From contig NC_068986.1 in the NCBI RefSeq assembly GCF_001194135.2, positions 67,096,467-67,160,169 on the forward strand: 63,703 bases of DNA. Reading direction: 5' to 3'. Positions 22,827 to 35,000 of the stretch are shown piece by piece. A program made the translations under genes and the position numbers. Every line of letters begins with the position of its first letter. Within the stretch, counting starts at the first letter, position 1. Under the pieces are notes generated by a model that was not told where the DNA came from, made no database searches, and saw nothing but the letters and a program-made list of their open reading frames with translations. Source of the stretch: Octopus bimaculoides. Taxonomy: Eukaryota.

Positions 22827-24036
22827 GTAAGGGAAATGGTTAATTAACTGCAAGTGAAGCAAGCCTTTTAGCCAAAAGCGTTAATAAAGGAAGAATGTTA
22901 AGCTTTGGTTCCACATTCAATTCAAACACTTTTGAACATACATTGTAGAAAATTAACCTTTTCTATTTAGCATTCTATACAAAACGCACACGCACGCACA
23001 CTTACCCGACGCACAAACACACATAAGCATACACCTTTGCATACACACCTTCAGTGATGTAATTTATTAGAATACTTCTGTTGTCTTTAAAAAATAATGC
23101 AAGTGCTGTTGAATGGATTTGACGTTGAGTTTTATTTCAATGTTCAATTGGCAATTTAATAATGTAATTATGAAAATGTTCACTTTTTGTTTATTTTCAT
23201 TTGACAAAAAGGACCTATACTTTAAAGTTAGGGTGCAATGTGAAGTTATCACATTAACAAACGCCTCCAGACATTATTAGAATTTTAACGTAGCTTGACA
23301 GATGCAATACAAGGGCGAGGGTGGTGGCCGATTTCTCAATTTCCGCTTCATCTCAATTTCCGAGTTTATAGTGCAACTGACAGGCTCCTGATTAGTAAAC
23401 ATTATTTATAAACTATCATTTCAACTAAAGTCTTTGGAAAGTACCAACTTTTACATTCTTTTCTAGACCCTTTATAACTCAATTTTGTTCATACATTTTT
23501 AGAATTTGAGCTCTCTAAAAGGTCAGTTTCGAAGTACGAGTCACTCTTTCTCAGTTAACAATTATGGAAATAGTAATTATGGAAAAGTAGAAAGCATTTT
23601 TGATAATATTTAACGGAGCATACTTAAAATAGTATAGAAAGTAAGTATATTTTGTGATAATAGCAAAGCATTCTGTGACATCATACGGAAACTAGAGGAA
23701 AATACCGAAACTGCGGAAACCAAAAAAAAACTAGTCGGGAAAATAGACTCTAAAACGTGGTTAGAAATTTTATGAACATTGTCAAATGATATTACTCAAA
23801 TAATATACGTTTTTGATATATCTTGCCAGTTTAAAAGTATTTTCTTATGATCATTTTCCGATAAATTTTTCAAGCTAAATGATAATTCATTGTAGTTTCT
23901 TTAGGTATGGAGTTTTGCTTTATGCCCTTTTTTTTTGCGTACATTAACAACATATTCAACACAGCTGCATATGCAGATCAACATTTCTATATTTTTTCGG
24001 ATGAGGAAATGCAGCGTCCATGACTTCTGCAAGGAC

Positions 24037-24160
24037 TACAAGGCGGTTGCTGAAAAGTTCCTGATTTTAAGGGTATCACGAAAGGCCCTGCTGGAGGCTA
24101 AACCTTCCGAGTTCTTTTACAGGGTTTAGAAAAACTGGAGGGTCGCCGCAATGTGTGTGA
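24037..24160 (+). mobile_element. Mariner-type MITE, left part
   Basis: TA+CAAGGCGGTTGCTGAAAAGTTCCTG mariner-like end, followed by a stretch resembling a transposase C-terminus (..GLEKLEGRRN..). Confidence 0.65.
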
Positions 24161-24425
24161 ATCACGGTTTCGTGATTGTGGATACGAACTTGTTCCCCAT
24201 CCACCTTATTCACCAGAATTAGCCCCCTCTGACTTTCATCTATTCCCAAAAAGGAAAACAGCCCTGGCTGGTCACCATTTTGCCAGTGACAATGACATCA
24301 TATATGGTGTAGGAAGTTTCTTGGAGTCTCAAACAAAAGAGTTCTTCTACGCCAGGATAATGACGCTTCAGCACCGCTGGAGAAAGTATTCAGCAATCGA
24401 GGGCGACTATGTTGAAAAATAAATC
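24160..24425 (+). mobile_element. Mariner transposase 3' fragment
   Basis: GYELVPHPPYSPELAPSDFHLFPK..EFFY..I..L.HRWRK..GDYVEK*. Confidence 0.92.
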
Positions 24426-24832
24426 ATCAGAAGTCTTGTACTATATATATATATAAATTTATAATTAATAATTGATTATTCATTATGATCAAGGGTAGAA
24501 GATATTATTAGCGTTGATAGAAATAAGAGTCGAAAAATTACTCAAATAAACCACTGTATCACTGAAGATTTAACATGCTGGCGAAAATCGAGGTGTAAAA
24601 AGTCAACCTGCTACCATTGCGTGGGAAAAGATGCAAATGAATTTGTAGATATACCTATGTAACGTGATTTCGAACTTTGAGATATCCTCTTAGTCCTCAT
24701 CAGTAGTTATCACTGCCTAGGTTTAAGCTAATACTAGCTTCCTCATGCTTGTTAAAATCGTTGAAAGATTAGCGCCAGATTTCAAACGATTGCAGTGTAT
24801 AATTATGCATAAAAACAGAGATATTATTATTA

Positions 24833-25242
24833 TTAATAAATAATGATAAGTAGCCAGGAAGCATAAAAACCAAAAAGCAAATTTATGAATTTATACTTAA
24901 TAATTCATTAGTAATTATAATTAAGAGTACAAGACAATATCAACGTTGCTAGAAATAAGAGTCGGAAAATACTCAAATAAGCCACAATATGACTAAAAAT
25001 TCAACCTGTAGACGAAAATTGAAGGGTGAGTAAGAAGTCAACCTACCATTTTCCGCCACGATTTTCGTCAGCATGTTAAATTTTCAGTGATATTGTGGCT
25101 TATTTGAGTGTTTTTCTACTCTTATTTCTAGCAAAGCTGGTACTGTCTTGTACCCTTAATCATAATTAATAAGTAATTATAAGTAAATTTGCTTATGTGG
25201 TTTTTATGCTTGCTGGCCACTTATATTATTATTATTTATTAA
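24833..25242. mobile_element. AT-rich foldback/MITE-like element with about 190-bp arms; partial extra copy at about 24480-24615
   Basis: GCTAGAAATAAGAGT..ACTCAAATAAGCCACAATAT is mirrored by ATATTGTGGCTTATTTGAGT..ACTCTTATTTCTAGC. Confidence 0.85.
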
Positions 25243-25309
25243 AAATGTTTTTATTTATGTATATGTATGTGTGTGCGTGCGTGTGTGTGTGTGTGTGTGA
25301 GTGTGAGTG

Positions 25310-25535
25310 TGTGATTGTGTCTGTGTTCGTCCCTCACCACCGCTTGACAACCGGTGATAGTGTATATAGTCTTCATAACTTGGTGGTTCGGCAAAAGAAA
25401 CCGATAGAATAAGTACCAGGCTTTGAAAGATATAAGTACTGGGGTAGATTTATTCGACTAAAAATTGTTCAAGGCGCTTCCCCAGTATGGCCACAGACTA
25501 ATGACTGAGAGAAGTAAAATATAAAATATAAAAGA
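25310..25535 (+). mobile_element. SINE-like family D
   Basis: CCACCGCTTGACAACCGGTG..GGTTCGGCAAAAGA.ACCGATAGAATAAGTACC..AAGGCG..CCAGtATGGCC; recurs at 35521, 39880, 45030, 59600. Confidence 0.8.
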
Positions 25536-25590
25536 TACAAGTATATGTATGTATGTGTGCGTGTGCATATATGTATATATATACTTCCAG

Positions 25591-25663
<73 letters not shown>

Positions 25664-26146
25664 NNNNNNNNNNNNNNNNNNNNNNNNNNNNNNNNNNNNN
25701 NNNNNNNNNNNNNNNNNNNNNNNNNNNNNNNNNNNNNNNNNNNNNNNNNNNNNNNNNNNNNNNNNNNNNNNNNNNNNNNNNNNNNNNNNNNNNNNNNNNN
25801 NNNNNNNNNNNNNNNNNNNNNNNNNNNNNNNNNNNNNNNNNNNNNNNNNNNNNNNNNNNNNNNNNNNNNNNNNNNNNNNNNNNNNNNNNNNNNNNNNNNN
25901 NNNNNNNNNNNNNNNNNNNNNNNNNNNNNNNNNNNNNNNNNNNNNNNNNNNNNNNNNNNNNNNNNNNNNNNNNNNNNNNNNNNNNNNNNNNNNNNNNNNN
26001 NNNNNNNNNNNNNNNNNNNNNNNNNNNNNNNNNNNNNNNNNNNNNNNNNNNNNNNNNNNNNNNNNNNNNNNNNNNNNNNNNNNNNNNNNNNNNNNNNNNN
26101 NNNNNNNNNNNNNNNNNNNNNNNNNNNNNNNNNNNNNNNNNNNNNN

Positions 26147-26177
<31 letters not shown>

Positions 26178-27429
26178 TACCATACGTATCCAGCGTTGCT
26201 TGGAATTTAAATTTGCATAGTTTGTAAATGTGGTACAGTTACGTTGAAAGACGTACGACGGGGAAGTGCAGCACTGACGACAAAACAATTGTGAAGTAAA
26301 TGAAGGGCTAATTTGACTAAGTGATATATCATGCGTCTATTTGGAAGATTTCAGGCCCTAACCTTGTCATGAAAAAATGAATGGGGTGGGGTACGTGACT
26401 TCTGAACGCATGAACTGCCATGCGATACTTCTGAACTGCCATGCGATACTTTGGTTTCTAATCAATAGTTGTGGCTCAACCGTACACTCCTTCGCGTAAA
26501 TAGCGTCCGACCATTGTGAAGACAACTCAGCTACCGAACGAGAACAATTCTGCATGCAACGTCCGGGCACGCATGATCACGTTAAGGACATGGTCTCTAA
26601 CTAACGTGGTTGGGTGTTAGACGCCCTAAATTAGTAGGTTTATGTACATGCGATATTTCGGTTTGTAATCAATAGTTGTTGAATATTTGTATGGGCTTCG
26701 TCTATGCTCAGAAGGAAGACTTTGATACTGTAGTTAAATGAAAATAGTTGAATAGTTGCTCAGGATTTAACATATTTTAGCATATTTTTCATAATAGACA
26801 AAGTGCGTTCCAAACGGTTTTAATTTCAACAAATTGCTACCTCTGGTACAACGAGAACAAGCTATTGTTGGTACCACTTAGACAACGTAGTTTGAAGTCT
26901 ACATCGGTTCATCCATATGAGATCACTTAAAAATTACAAATTTCGTAATTATCTGTCAATATTTACACATATCTAACCTTTTTGCTATATCTAATAGGTA
27001 TATTTCTCTGATATTCAATTGAGGTTTGCTAATTTTTCACCCAATATCTCACTTATTTCTATTTAAAATCTTATTTTGAAATGTTATTTTGAACATTCCA
27101 GCGTGTCTCTAAGGCTGTTTTATGATAGAAATCAAAGTTTCATAAAAAAATTCCAGTTAATAGAATTATGGGAGGTAATGGGTTAATACAATCTACTTAT
27201 GTCATTCAAACTGTTCAAACTGTTTTTCCCAGTTTGAACAGAAACAATGCGTGGACCATGCAGGCAGTCATACGTACATCAGGAAAGGGGGTTGGGGGTT
27301 TTCTGCCCCCAGTGGCCCCATCACTCATTATGTGAAACCTTTTAAGAGTCTAAAACCATCTCTAGGACATAAGTAATGTTGGTTCCCAGTTTGGAGAAAA
27401 TCAGTTGCAAACTTCAGAAGTTCTGCGAG

Positions 27430-27507
<78 letters not shown>

Positions 27508-28074
27508 GTAGATGTGTGTGTATGTGTGTGTTTGTGTGTGTGTACTTCATGTAGTACCTGCTTGGTAATTGTTGTTGAGCTTTTGGTTTATACTTTGTAA
27601 TTAGAAGTCTCGGCTCCCGGAATGCACAGGAAACTGAATAAGCGAGAGGTTTCTACCACTTCAGACCAACCATTTTGTTTGGTGAATTGATAACAAAGTT
27701 AACTAAATTAGAGGAAACTATTTACAAATTTAAAAAGAAGACTGAAAAATGCAAGATTTTCAATACTGCCGCAAAACAAGAATGTGGGAAGTTGTAATCG
27801 AAGTTCCATTATATAACTAAATGAGTGAGACTAAACCATTTGACTATGTCCTTGATTGAGTTTGTACATACAATTAATATCAAATATACTTACATACATA
27901 GACACACATGGATACGCGCACATAATCTTACACACTCATATATTTGTGTGTGTGTGTACATGAGTTTACATATATTATTGATTATAAATGAAAGGTATCA
28001 CTAAAGTTGTATATATAATTGCCGCTGGATGCTAAAATAGAATAATTATTTGGTAATGATGAGGATAATAATAA

Positions 28075-28270
28075 TAATTCTTCCGAATTTTGGCACAAAG
28101 CCAGCAATGTTGAGGGGTTAAGTCGATTACATTGGCCCCTGTACTTGACTTGTTTTTATTTTATCGACTGAAAGAATGGAAGGTAAAGTGGCTCTCAGTG
28201 AAATATGAATTCGGCATGTAAAGAATCTAGAGAAATGCTGCTATACATTTTGACCGTGTGGAATAGCTGA
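28075..28270 (-). mobile_element. SINE-like family C, degenerate
   Basis: Reverse complement of ..TTTATCGAC..AAAG..GAAGGTAAAGT.. plus the GGCACAAAGCCAGCAAT tail. Confidence 0.6.
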
Positions 28271-28309
28271 GAACGTGTGTGCACTGATTAAGAATAGCAT
28301 GTCTAGTTG

Positions 28310-28500
28310 GAAAACACGTATTTCCAGTAACAACTAGCACTTAGCCGGGGTAAATAATAATGAACAGAGACCAAGCAGGTGAATTTAAGAGGCTTCGACT
28401 GTAACAATGTGAAACGTGTGACCCAAAAGTTGATGAGATTCTGAAGTACAAGGAGCTTGATCAGATCCGCTTCAATTTTCCACACTACGGAAGCCCCAAC
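28310..28500 (-). mobile_element. Possible CR1/L2-like RT C-terminal remnant
   Basis: GASVVWKIEADLIKLLVLQN loosely resembles Y.S.VW.P....D...LE.VQ. Confidence 0.25.
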
Positions 28501-28764
28501 GTAAATCTGGCAATAAGTATAAGTTAGATAGCACTGGGTGAAATCTGAAGGTGGTCAAGATTTATACTGTACTCTACTGGGTTCTTAACAGAATATAACG
28601 TAACTATATATATCAGGTTGAGTAAAAAGTAAACAACGTTTTGAACCATGAAGAATTTGTGCCGGATTTTTGGAGAGTTTTGAAGTTTTTTTAAACATAT
28701 TTTTGCACTTGTCTGACAATACAAACATAAACTTTCCCAAATGCATCAATAAATTAACATTGAT

Positions 28765-29700
28765 ATCTTTCACCGTTGTTACAATCATCCTTCAAAAACG
28801 GATATAAAACAGCTAAAACTGCTTGCGTATCAACGAAACGTTTGGTGAGGAAATGACCAGGGAGTAGTCAGCTCGAAAATAGTTTAAACAATTTCGCAGT
28901 GGAGACCTGAGCCTCGAAGATCGAGAGCATATTGGACGTCCATCTATCGTCGATGACAGTCAATTAAAGACCATCATTGAGAAAAATCCACGTAAAACCA
29001 CCCGAAAACTGGCAAGTTAGCCAGAAAACTGCAACTATTTGCATGCGATCAGAAAATCAAAAAAGCTCAACAAATGGGTACCACACGATTTGAATGAAAA
29101 TCAGAAAATGCGCAGATATGAAATTTGCTCGTCGCTTCTTCTCCGTAACAAGACCGATCCATTTCTCGACTGTATTGTAACTTGCGATGAACAGTAGATT
29201 CTGTATAATAATAAAAAATGTTCTTCCCAGTGGTTGGACCAAAATGGATAACCGAAACCCTTCCCTAAATTCAAGCTCTTGAAAAAGAAGGCTACGGTGA
29301 CTGTTTGGTGCTATACTGCTGGTGTCATCCACTATAGCTTCTTAAAACCTTGAAAAACCATTACTGCAGAAACATATTACCATGAAATTGCCAAAATGAA
29401 CGAAAAACTGTTACCCCTCCGTTCCAGACTGGTCAACAGAAGCGAGCCAATCATTCTTCTTGACAATGCTCGGCAACACGTTTCAGTAACGACGCTCCAA
29501 AAGTTGAGGGAACTCAGTTACGAAGTTCTTCCCCACTCAGCTTATTCTCCTACCGACTAACATTTCAAGCACCTTGATGTACTCCTGTGAGAGAAGGAGT
29601 CCAAAAATCAAACCAACCCTGAAAGTGCCTTCAAAGTGTTCATCAGCTCCAGAACTACCAATGTTTATGTTACCGGAATAAACAAACTTGTAACTGTTGA
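28765..29700 (+). pseudogene. Near full-length decayed DD34D mariner transposase
   Basis: FRSGD.SLED..GRPS, KWVPHDL, FLDCIVTCDE, DNAR.H, AYSP-TD and a 3' region ending ..GINKLV; many stops and indels. Confidence 0.92.
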
Positions 29701-29746
29701 ATTTCATCTTTCAAAACATTGCTTACTTTTTACTCATTCTGATATA

Positions 29747-30616
29747 CAGGATGTCCCAAAAGTCAATGAAGGATTTCAATTTTTAATAACTTCCTTACAA
29801 ATAAATGCATGAACAATATAAAGGACAGTGGGAATTAATACGCAAGTCAAATTTTGCAACATCTCTACATCACATATGAAAACTGACACCACTCAAACGG
29901 CAACCGTTTTCGGCTTCGCACACCCTTGCTCTTTCCAAAGCTTAGACCATAACACCCTCAAAAGTTTCAGACCCCACTTCTCTGATTTTTCTGTTGATGT
30001 TCTCCTTCAGTTACACCATGGTATCCGGTTTGTTGACGTACACGCTATCTTTCAGGTATCCCACAAGAGAAAAAGGGCTAGTCAAGTCTGGCAAGCGTGA
30101 AGGCCATTCCAAGTAGACCTCACACATGGTTCCAGCAAGATGGGGAAACTGCTCATACCGCAAGAGAAACAATGAAATTTCTACGGCAGTGCTTTGGAGA
30201 GAGAAAAATCTCCCGCTACGGCAATATCAACTGGCCTTCACGTTTCCCAGACTTGACTTGCCCAGGTTTTTTTCTTGTGGAGACACATGAAAGGGAGGGT
30301 TTACGTCAACAAACTGGAGACCCTGATGCAACTGAAGGAGAACATCAATAAAGAATTCAGAGAATTTGGATCTAGAAATCTTGAGGGTGTTATGGTGCAA
30401 GCTTTGGAAAGAGTATGGAGGTGCGAAGCTAAAAAGACGGCTACCATTTAAGCCATGTCTTTTTTTTACATGTGATGTAGTGATGTTACAAATTTTAACT
30501 TGTGCATATTAATTTCCGATATGTCCTTTATATTGTGTCACAATTTCATGCATTTATTTGTAAAGTTAAGGAAGTTATTAAAAACTGAAACCATCAATGA
30601 CTTTTGGGACACCCTG
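29747..30616. mobile_element. Tc1/mariner DD41D-type derivative made of two inverted 3' ends, with TA TSDs
   Basis: TA-CAGGATGTCCCAAAAGTCA ... TGACTTTTGGGACACCCTG-TA; WFQQDG..WPSRFPDLTCP with 41 residues between the D and the third catalytic position (now G). Confidence 0.88.
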
Positions 30617-30677
30617 TATATATATATTCTATTAGAGGAAGAATATTTGTGTGTGTGTGTGTGAATATATATATACA

Positions 30678-30714
<37 letters not shown>

Positions 30715-30739
30715 GTAATAGTTAATCCTCCCCAAAAAA

Positions 30740-30915
30740 CGAAGAACAAACACAAGTAAAAAACAACAACACGAAGACGTGGTACATGCAAAGTATTAGA
30801 AAACGTTCAGGGAAGGAAAGAAAGGTGGATTTACGTTTCGAGCAAAGCTCTTCAACTATTGAACAGGAGACAGAGGAAACTCCAACAGAAAAGCAGGACG
30901 GAGGAAAAAAATCGC
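30740..30915. repeat. Dispersed repeat with hammerhead-like motif on the minus strand
   Basis: Minus strand 30833-30856: GTTGAA-GAGC-TTT-GCTC-GAAAC-GT-A. Confidence 0.55.
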
Positions 30916-31122
30916 CAACGATTCACATCTGGTTACAATTTGATATATGTTTCATTTAGGCATTACAATGCTGATTACCTCGTGTTAGAACTCAATGTAC
31001 ATATACTCTTGGGAGAGGCTTCTCACACAGTCTCCTGATTTTCATTTCCTACATACGTTAATCCTTTTACATTGGTAATTTTTTTTATATGTACGAGGTT
31101 TCCATGTACAAGCATTTCTATG

Positions 31123-31555
31123 TACGAAGTGATATCAGAAAAGTTCCAGGACTAATTATGTTTAATAAGAGATAACATATTTACTTAGTTTTTAACACAT
31201 TCTCCTTCGAAATACTCACCTTGCGCAACAATACACCTGTCTCAGCGTCCCTGCCACCTCTGGAATCCAGTCACCAAATCGTTTTCCGTAAGCGAGTCGA
31301 GGACTTTCTGCTATTCGCTCAGGATTTCGACAAGTGTTAAAACGGCGACCTTTGAGCTGCATTTTCATCTCTGGGAAGAGACTGGAAATCCGAAGGTGCT
31401 AAATCTGGCGAATAGATCCGGTCGCTTTCGCCGACGAATGCCTTTCCTCAAACGCTTCAAAACGTCGCAGTTGAACTCTCGATTGACGGTCTGATCCTGG
31501 GGAACGAATTCTCGATGCACAATAGCACATTTCAGCTGGTGACGATCGTGGCAGG
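31123..31555 (-). mobile_element. Mariner 3' remnant with terminal repeat
   Basis: IVHREFVP..QTVN..F..DVL.RL..IRRKRPDL and ..RCI.AQGEYFEG; TA-CGAAGTGATATCAGAAAAGTTCC end. Confidence 0.85.
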
Positions 31556-32317
31556 TCTTCCATATCGCGTTGGCTTTTTGTTGCTGTCCAGAACCACCAC
31601 CATACAACTTAAACAGTTAATAATAAAATATATGAACAGGCTAGACCATTAGATAATAGGCACGCAACATTAAGTAATGAATGTATAGAGGGTGATATTG
31701 CTACAGGTTAGACCAGAAGATCTGGCGAAAGAAATCCGATAATACATTTAATCAGTTGAGTAATTAATTAATTAATTAATTAAACAAGTTATCTAATTAA
31801 TTGATAATAAAACTGAAGTGCAATTCAATCAGTACGTGTATTTTAATTAGTACTATATGCCTCCCAAAATATAACAGTGTTTCAGTACACAATATTTTAC
31901 GATTTTGCAATCTATATATTCGTGTCTGAGTATGTATGTGTATGTATGTGTGTTCGTGCATACGTATGTTTATGAGTGTGCCTACGTATGTTTATGTGTG
32001 TATGCTTACATATGTTTGTGTGTGTGCTTGTGTGTATATGTGTGTGTGTGTGTGTGAGAGACAAATCTCATAAATTTGTATAAGACGTTATATGCGCGAT
32101 TATGCATATATATCTGACGGGATTCTGCGCAGCTTCCCTCTAACACTTGCCACCAAAGGCTTGTGAAACCAGGAGAGATATAGTACATGCCACTTTTCAT
32201 GCCACTCGTGCATGCATTTGTGATAAATGCCATGCACGAAACTCTCGACGATCGAGTCACTTCTCTCGATTGGAATAATTTAATATATGCACTCATTTAT
32301 TGAGTTCAATTTATATG

Positions 32318-32360
<43 letters not shown>

Positions 32361-33479
32361 GTTATATATTGTATTGGTACCTGCTTTTTGTGATGGTAAC
32401 GGATGTTTTCTCGTAAAATATGTTAAAACGTGTTTCAGTCGCAAAAGGTTCGTCTAATTTGAGATCTATAGATTTATCTAAATCTGTCGTTAATGCTATC
32501 AAGTTATTTGGGAAAGAAAGCTTCTATCAGGTGTGTATCTTTTTTTACTTTTATTAGTACATCTAACAGTGATTTTGTTGATATTATGCAATAAACATTA
32601 TACATATTTACACATAATTCATGTTGGGTGTTACATTAATTTGTAACTTTATATCATATTAAGTTACATATCAATAAGCTGCGCTCTTAAATTCTACAGT
32701 TTTCGTGCTTAGCTGAGCTGTAACCCACATAGTTACTAACGATGTTAGGTTGCCGTTCATTTTGGTAATGAATTTATTTTATTAACACTGAGGAAGTAAA
32801 TTTACATTGGTGGGAATTGAACTAGGAAATAACAGAATTTAAGTCAGAAACTAAATAATCTAGTGTTTTCAGTGAGACGCACTACTCTACTGTCTCGGCT
32901 GCCTTCAATTTTCAGTTTCTAATTAAAGTGGAAATATTGTATGACCCGATTCGGTGAACTTGAAATATTTCATGCCACTAATTTAGTTCTTATCTTTAAC
33001 TACCATTCATTCAGGCTAGCTTTTAATATTGAATTTCAATGTTTCTCTGCAGGCATTTTCTTTCATTACAAATTATTCAATTTAAAATAAATATTTCTCT
33101 TCACCGAACCATCTCTTTTCTTTTGTTTATTTTGATCATCATCATCCTCATCGTCATCATCGTCGTCGTCGTCATCATCATGTTCATGAATGATCATGGG
33201 CATCATCGTTATCATCATCATTATCGGTACAATATCATACAAACAATAATGAAAAATGGTGCGATGTTCTAAAGAAGTGGAAAGGTAGAGTTGATGATGG
33301 GGTAGGAGCACAAAGAAGTAAAGAAAAAACATTATTGTGATGGGAGAAATAAGGTAAGGATGAAAGAGAAGAAAAGAAAATTGGTGGAAACTAGAGAAAA
33401 ACGTCATGGGTGGAGAGGAGAATGTTAAAGACAAGATATAGGAAAAGAGCAACGCGGAAAGAAGCAAAGAGAAGGGGAA

Positions 33480-33523
33480 TGATGATGATGATGATGTTGA
33501 TGATGATGATGATGATGATGATG

Positions 33524-33575
<52 letters not shown>

Positions 33576-33590
33576 TAATAATAATAATAA
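33480..33590 (+). repeat. (GAT)n(AAT)n microsatellite
   Basis: Direct reading. Confidence 0.97.
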
Positions 33591-33835
33591 ACAGCTGAGG
33601 TAAAAGAAAGAGAAAGGTAAATTATGAAAAGATGATGCAAAGAAAAAATTGAAAAAGGAAGAAAAAGAAAAAAATCAAGACTCAAAAAATATGATGCGTA
33701 TAAAGAAAATAAAGAGGTTAGAGAATGCAGTTAGACATAGTAACGAGGAAGGAAGTAAAAAGAACAATGCTGAATCGTAATAATATGTTAAAGTGGAGCC
33801 ATGCCTCAGTGTACTAGTTCTTATTTAACCCAAGC

Positions 33836-34145
33836 GAACAGGCGCACGGCTTGGTGGTTAGTGGCATTCGTCTCAGGACCTTTGGAGTCGTTAGTCTCAT
33901 ACCAAGCGGCGCATTGTGTCCATGAGCAATATAATTTGTTTTACGTTGCTTCAGTTCACTCAACTTGTACCTGTATTTCATAGGCCCATTCTTGTCACAT
34001 TTTGTGTCACGCTGAATCTCCCCGAGGACAACATTAACGTTACACGTGACTGTGGAGTGCTCAACCACTTGCACGTTAATTTCACGAGCCGGCTGTTCAG
34101 TATTTTTTTATCAACTAGAACCCTCATCGTCACAACCTACGAAGT
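33836..34145 (+). mobile_element. SINE family B, diverged
   Basis: TGTGTCACGCTGAAT..CTGTGGAGTGCTCAaCCACTTGCACgTTAATTTCACGAGC shared with 3996-4380. Confidence 0.8.
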
Positions 34146-34187
34146 ATCAGTATGACCCGAGTTCGCATTGAGCATAGGGTATCCAGT

Positions 34188-34226
<39 letters not shown>

Positions 34227-34454
34227 AAATGCAGAGATGCCTATAATAGGACATCTAACCCGCTAGAAAGAGCAGCAAAAGACTACATACCAGAAAATTA
34301 GGGATAATTTCGAAAGGGAATGAAAAATAAAAACATTTACCAATCTATATANNNNNNNNNNNNNNNNNNNNNNNNNNNNNNNNNNNNNNNNNNNNNNNNN
34401 NNNATATATATGCATATACATATAGGAATAATTACTATGAAGCATTGTGTAGAA

Positions 34455-34626
34455 TATACTGTATAAAGGATCGTGGGTAAGGCCAGAACAATGCGAAGTA
34501 AATGCAAGGCAAATCCCAAGAAAACAAATATATGGATTAATGTAGACTTACCTTACATTCAATAGTTCGGGGTTATGACCCCATTTTCAGGAAACTGGCC
34601 TTACCCACAATCCTTTATACAATATA
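34455..34626. mobile_element. MITE-like element with about 30-bp TIRs
   Basis: GTATAAAGGATcGTGGGTAAGGCCAG (34461-34486) versus CTGGCCTTACCCACAATCCTTTATAC (34595-34620), in TA-rich flanks. Confidence 0.8.
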
Positions 34627-35000
34627 TATATATTATTTCTAGAAGCATATTACCCTTCGGTTTTAAGGCATTATGGTTTGATTTGACAGAGATTTGGTTG
34701 CTATTTTTCACAGATGTATGCCTATGATATTGATTCTATCACTTGCTAGTTCTAATTTAGTTTTATAAAGGAAGTGTTTAGTTCATGGTTTCGGTCTCAG
34801 TAGATGAATAGTACGAGTTTCATTAGCTCTAGAAGAAAAGAATGCAAATTTTCCCAACAGGATTTGTATTAGAAAATAGAGGGACGAAATTAACTATTCG
34901 TTCATATTTAACCAGATTCCCTACGATATCTGTCATTTCACAGCGCTAACGAAGATACTGTCTTTTAACTTAGTCACAAAAATAACCACTTAAGAGAGAG

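Noticed and set aside
32214-32263. Hammerhead-like GTGATAA-ATGC..GCAC-GAAA-CTC..GAG-TC
   Set aside because: Two core mismatches, no stem I and no second copy in the window.
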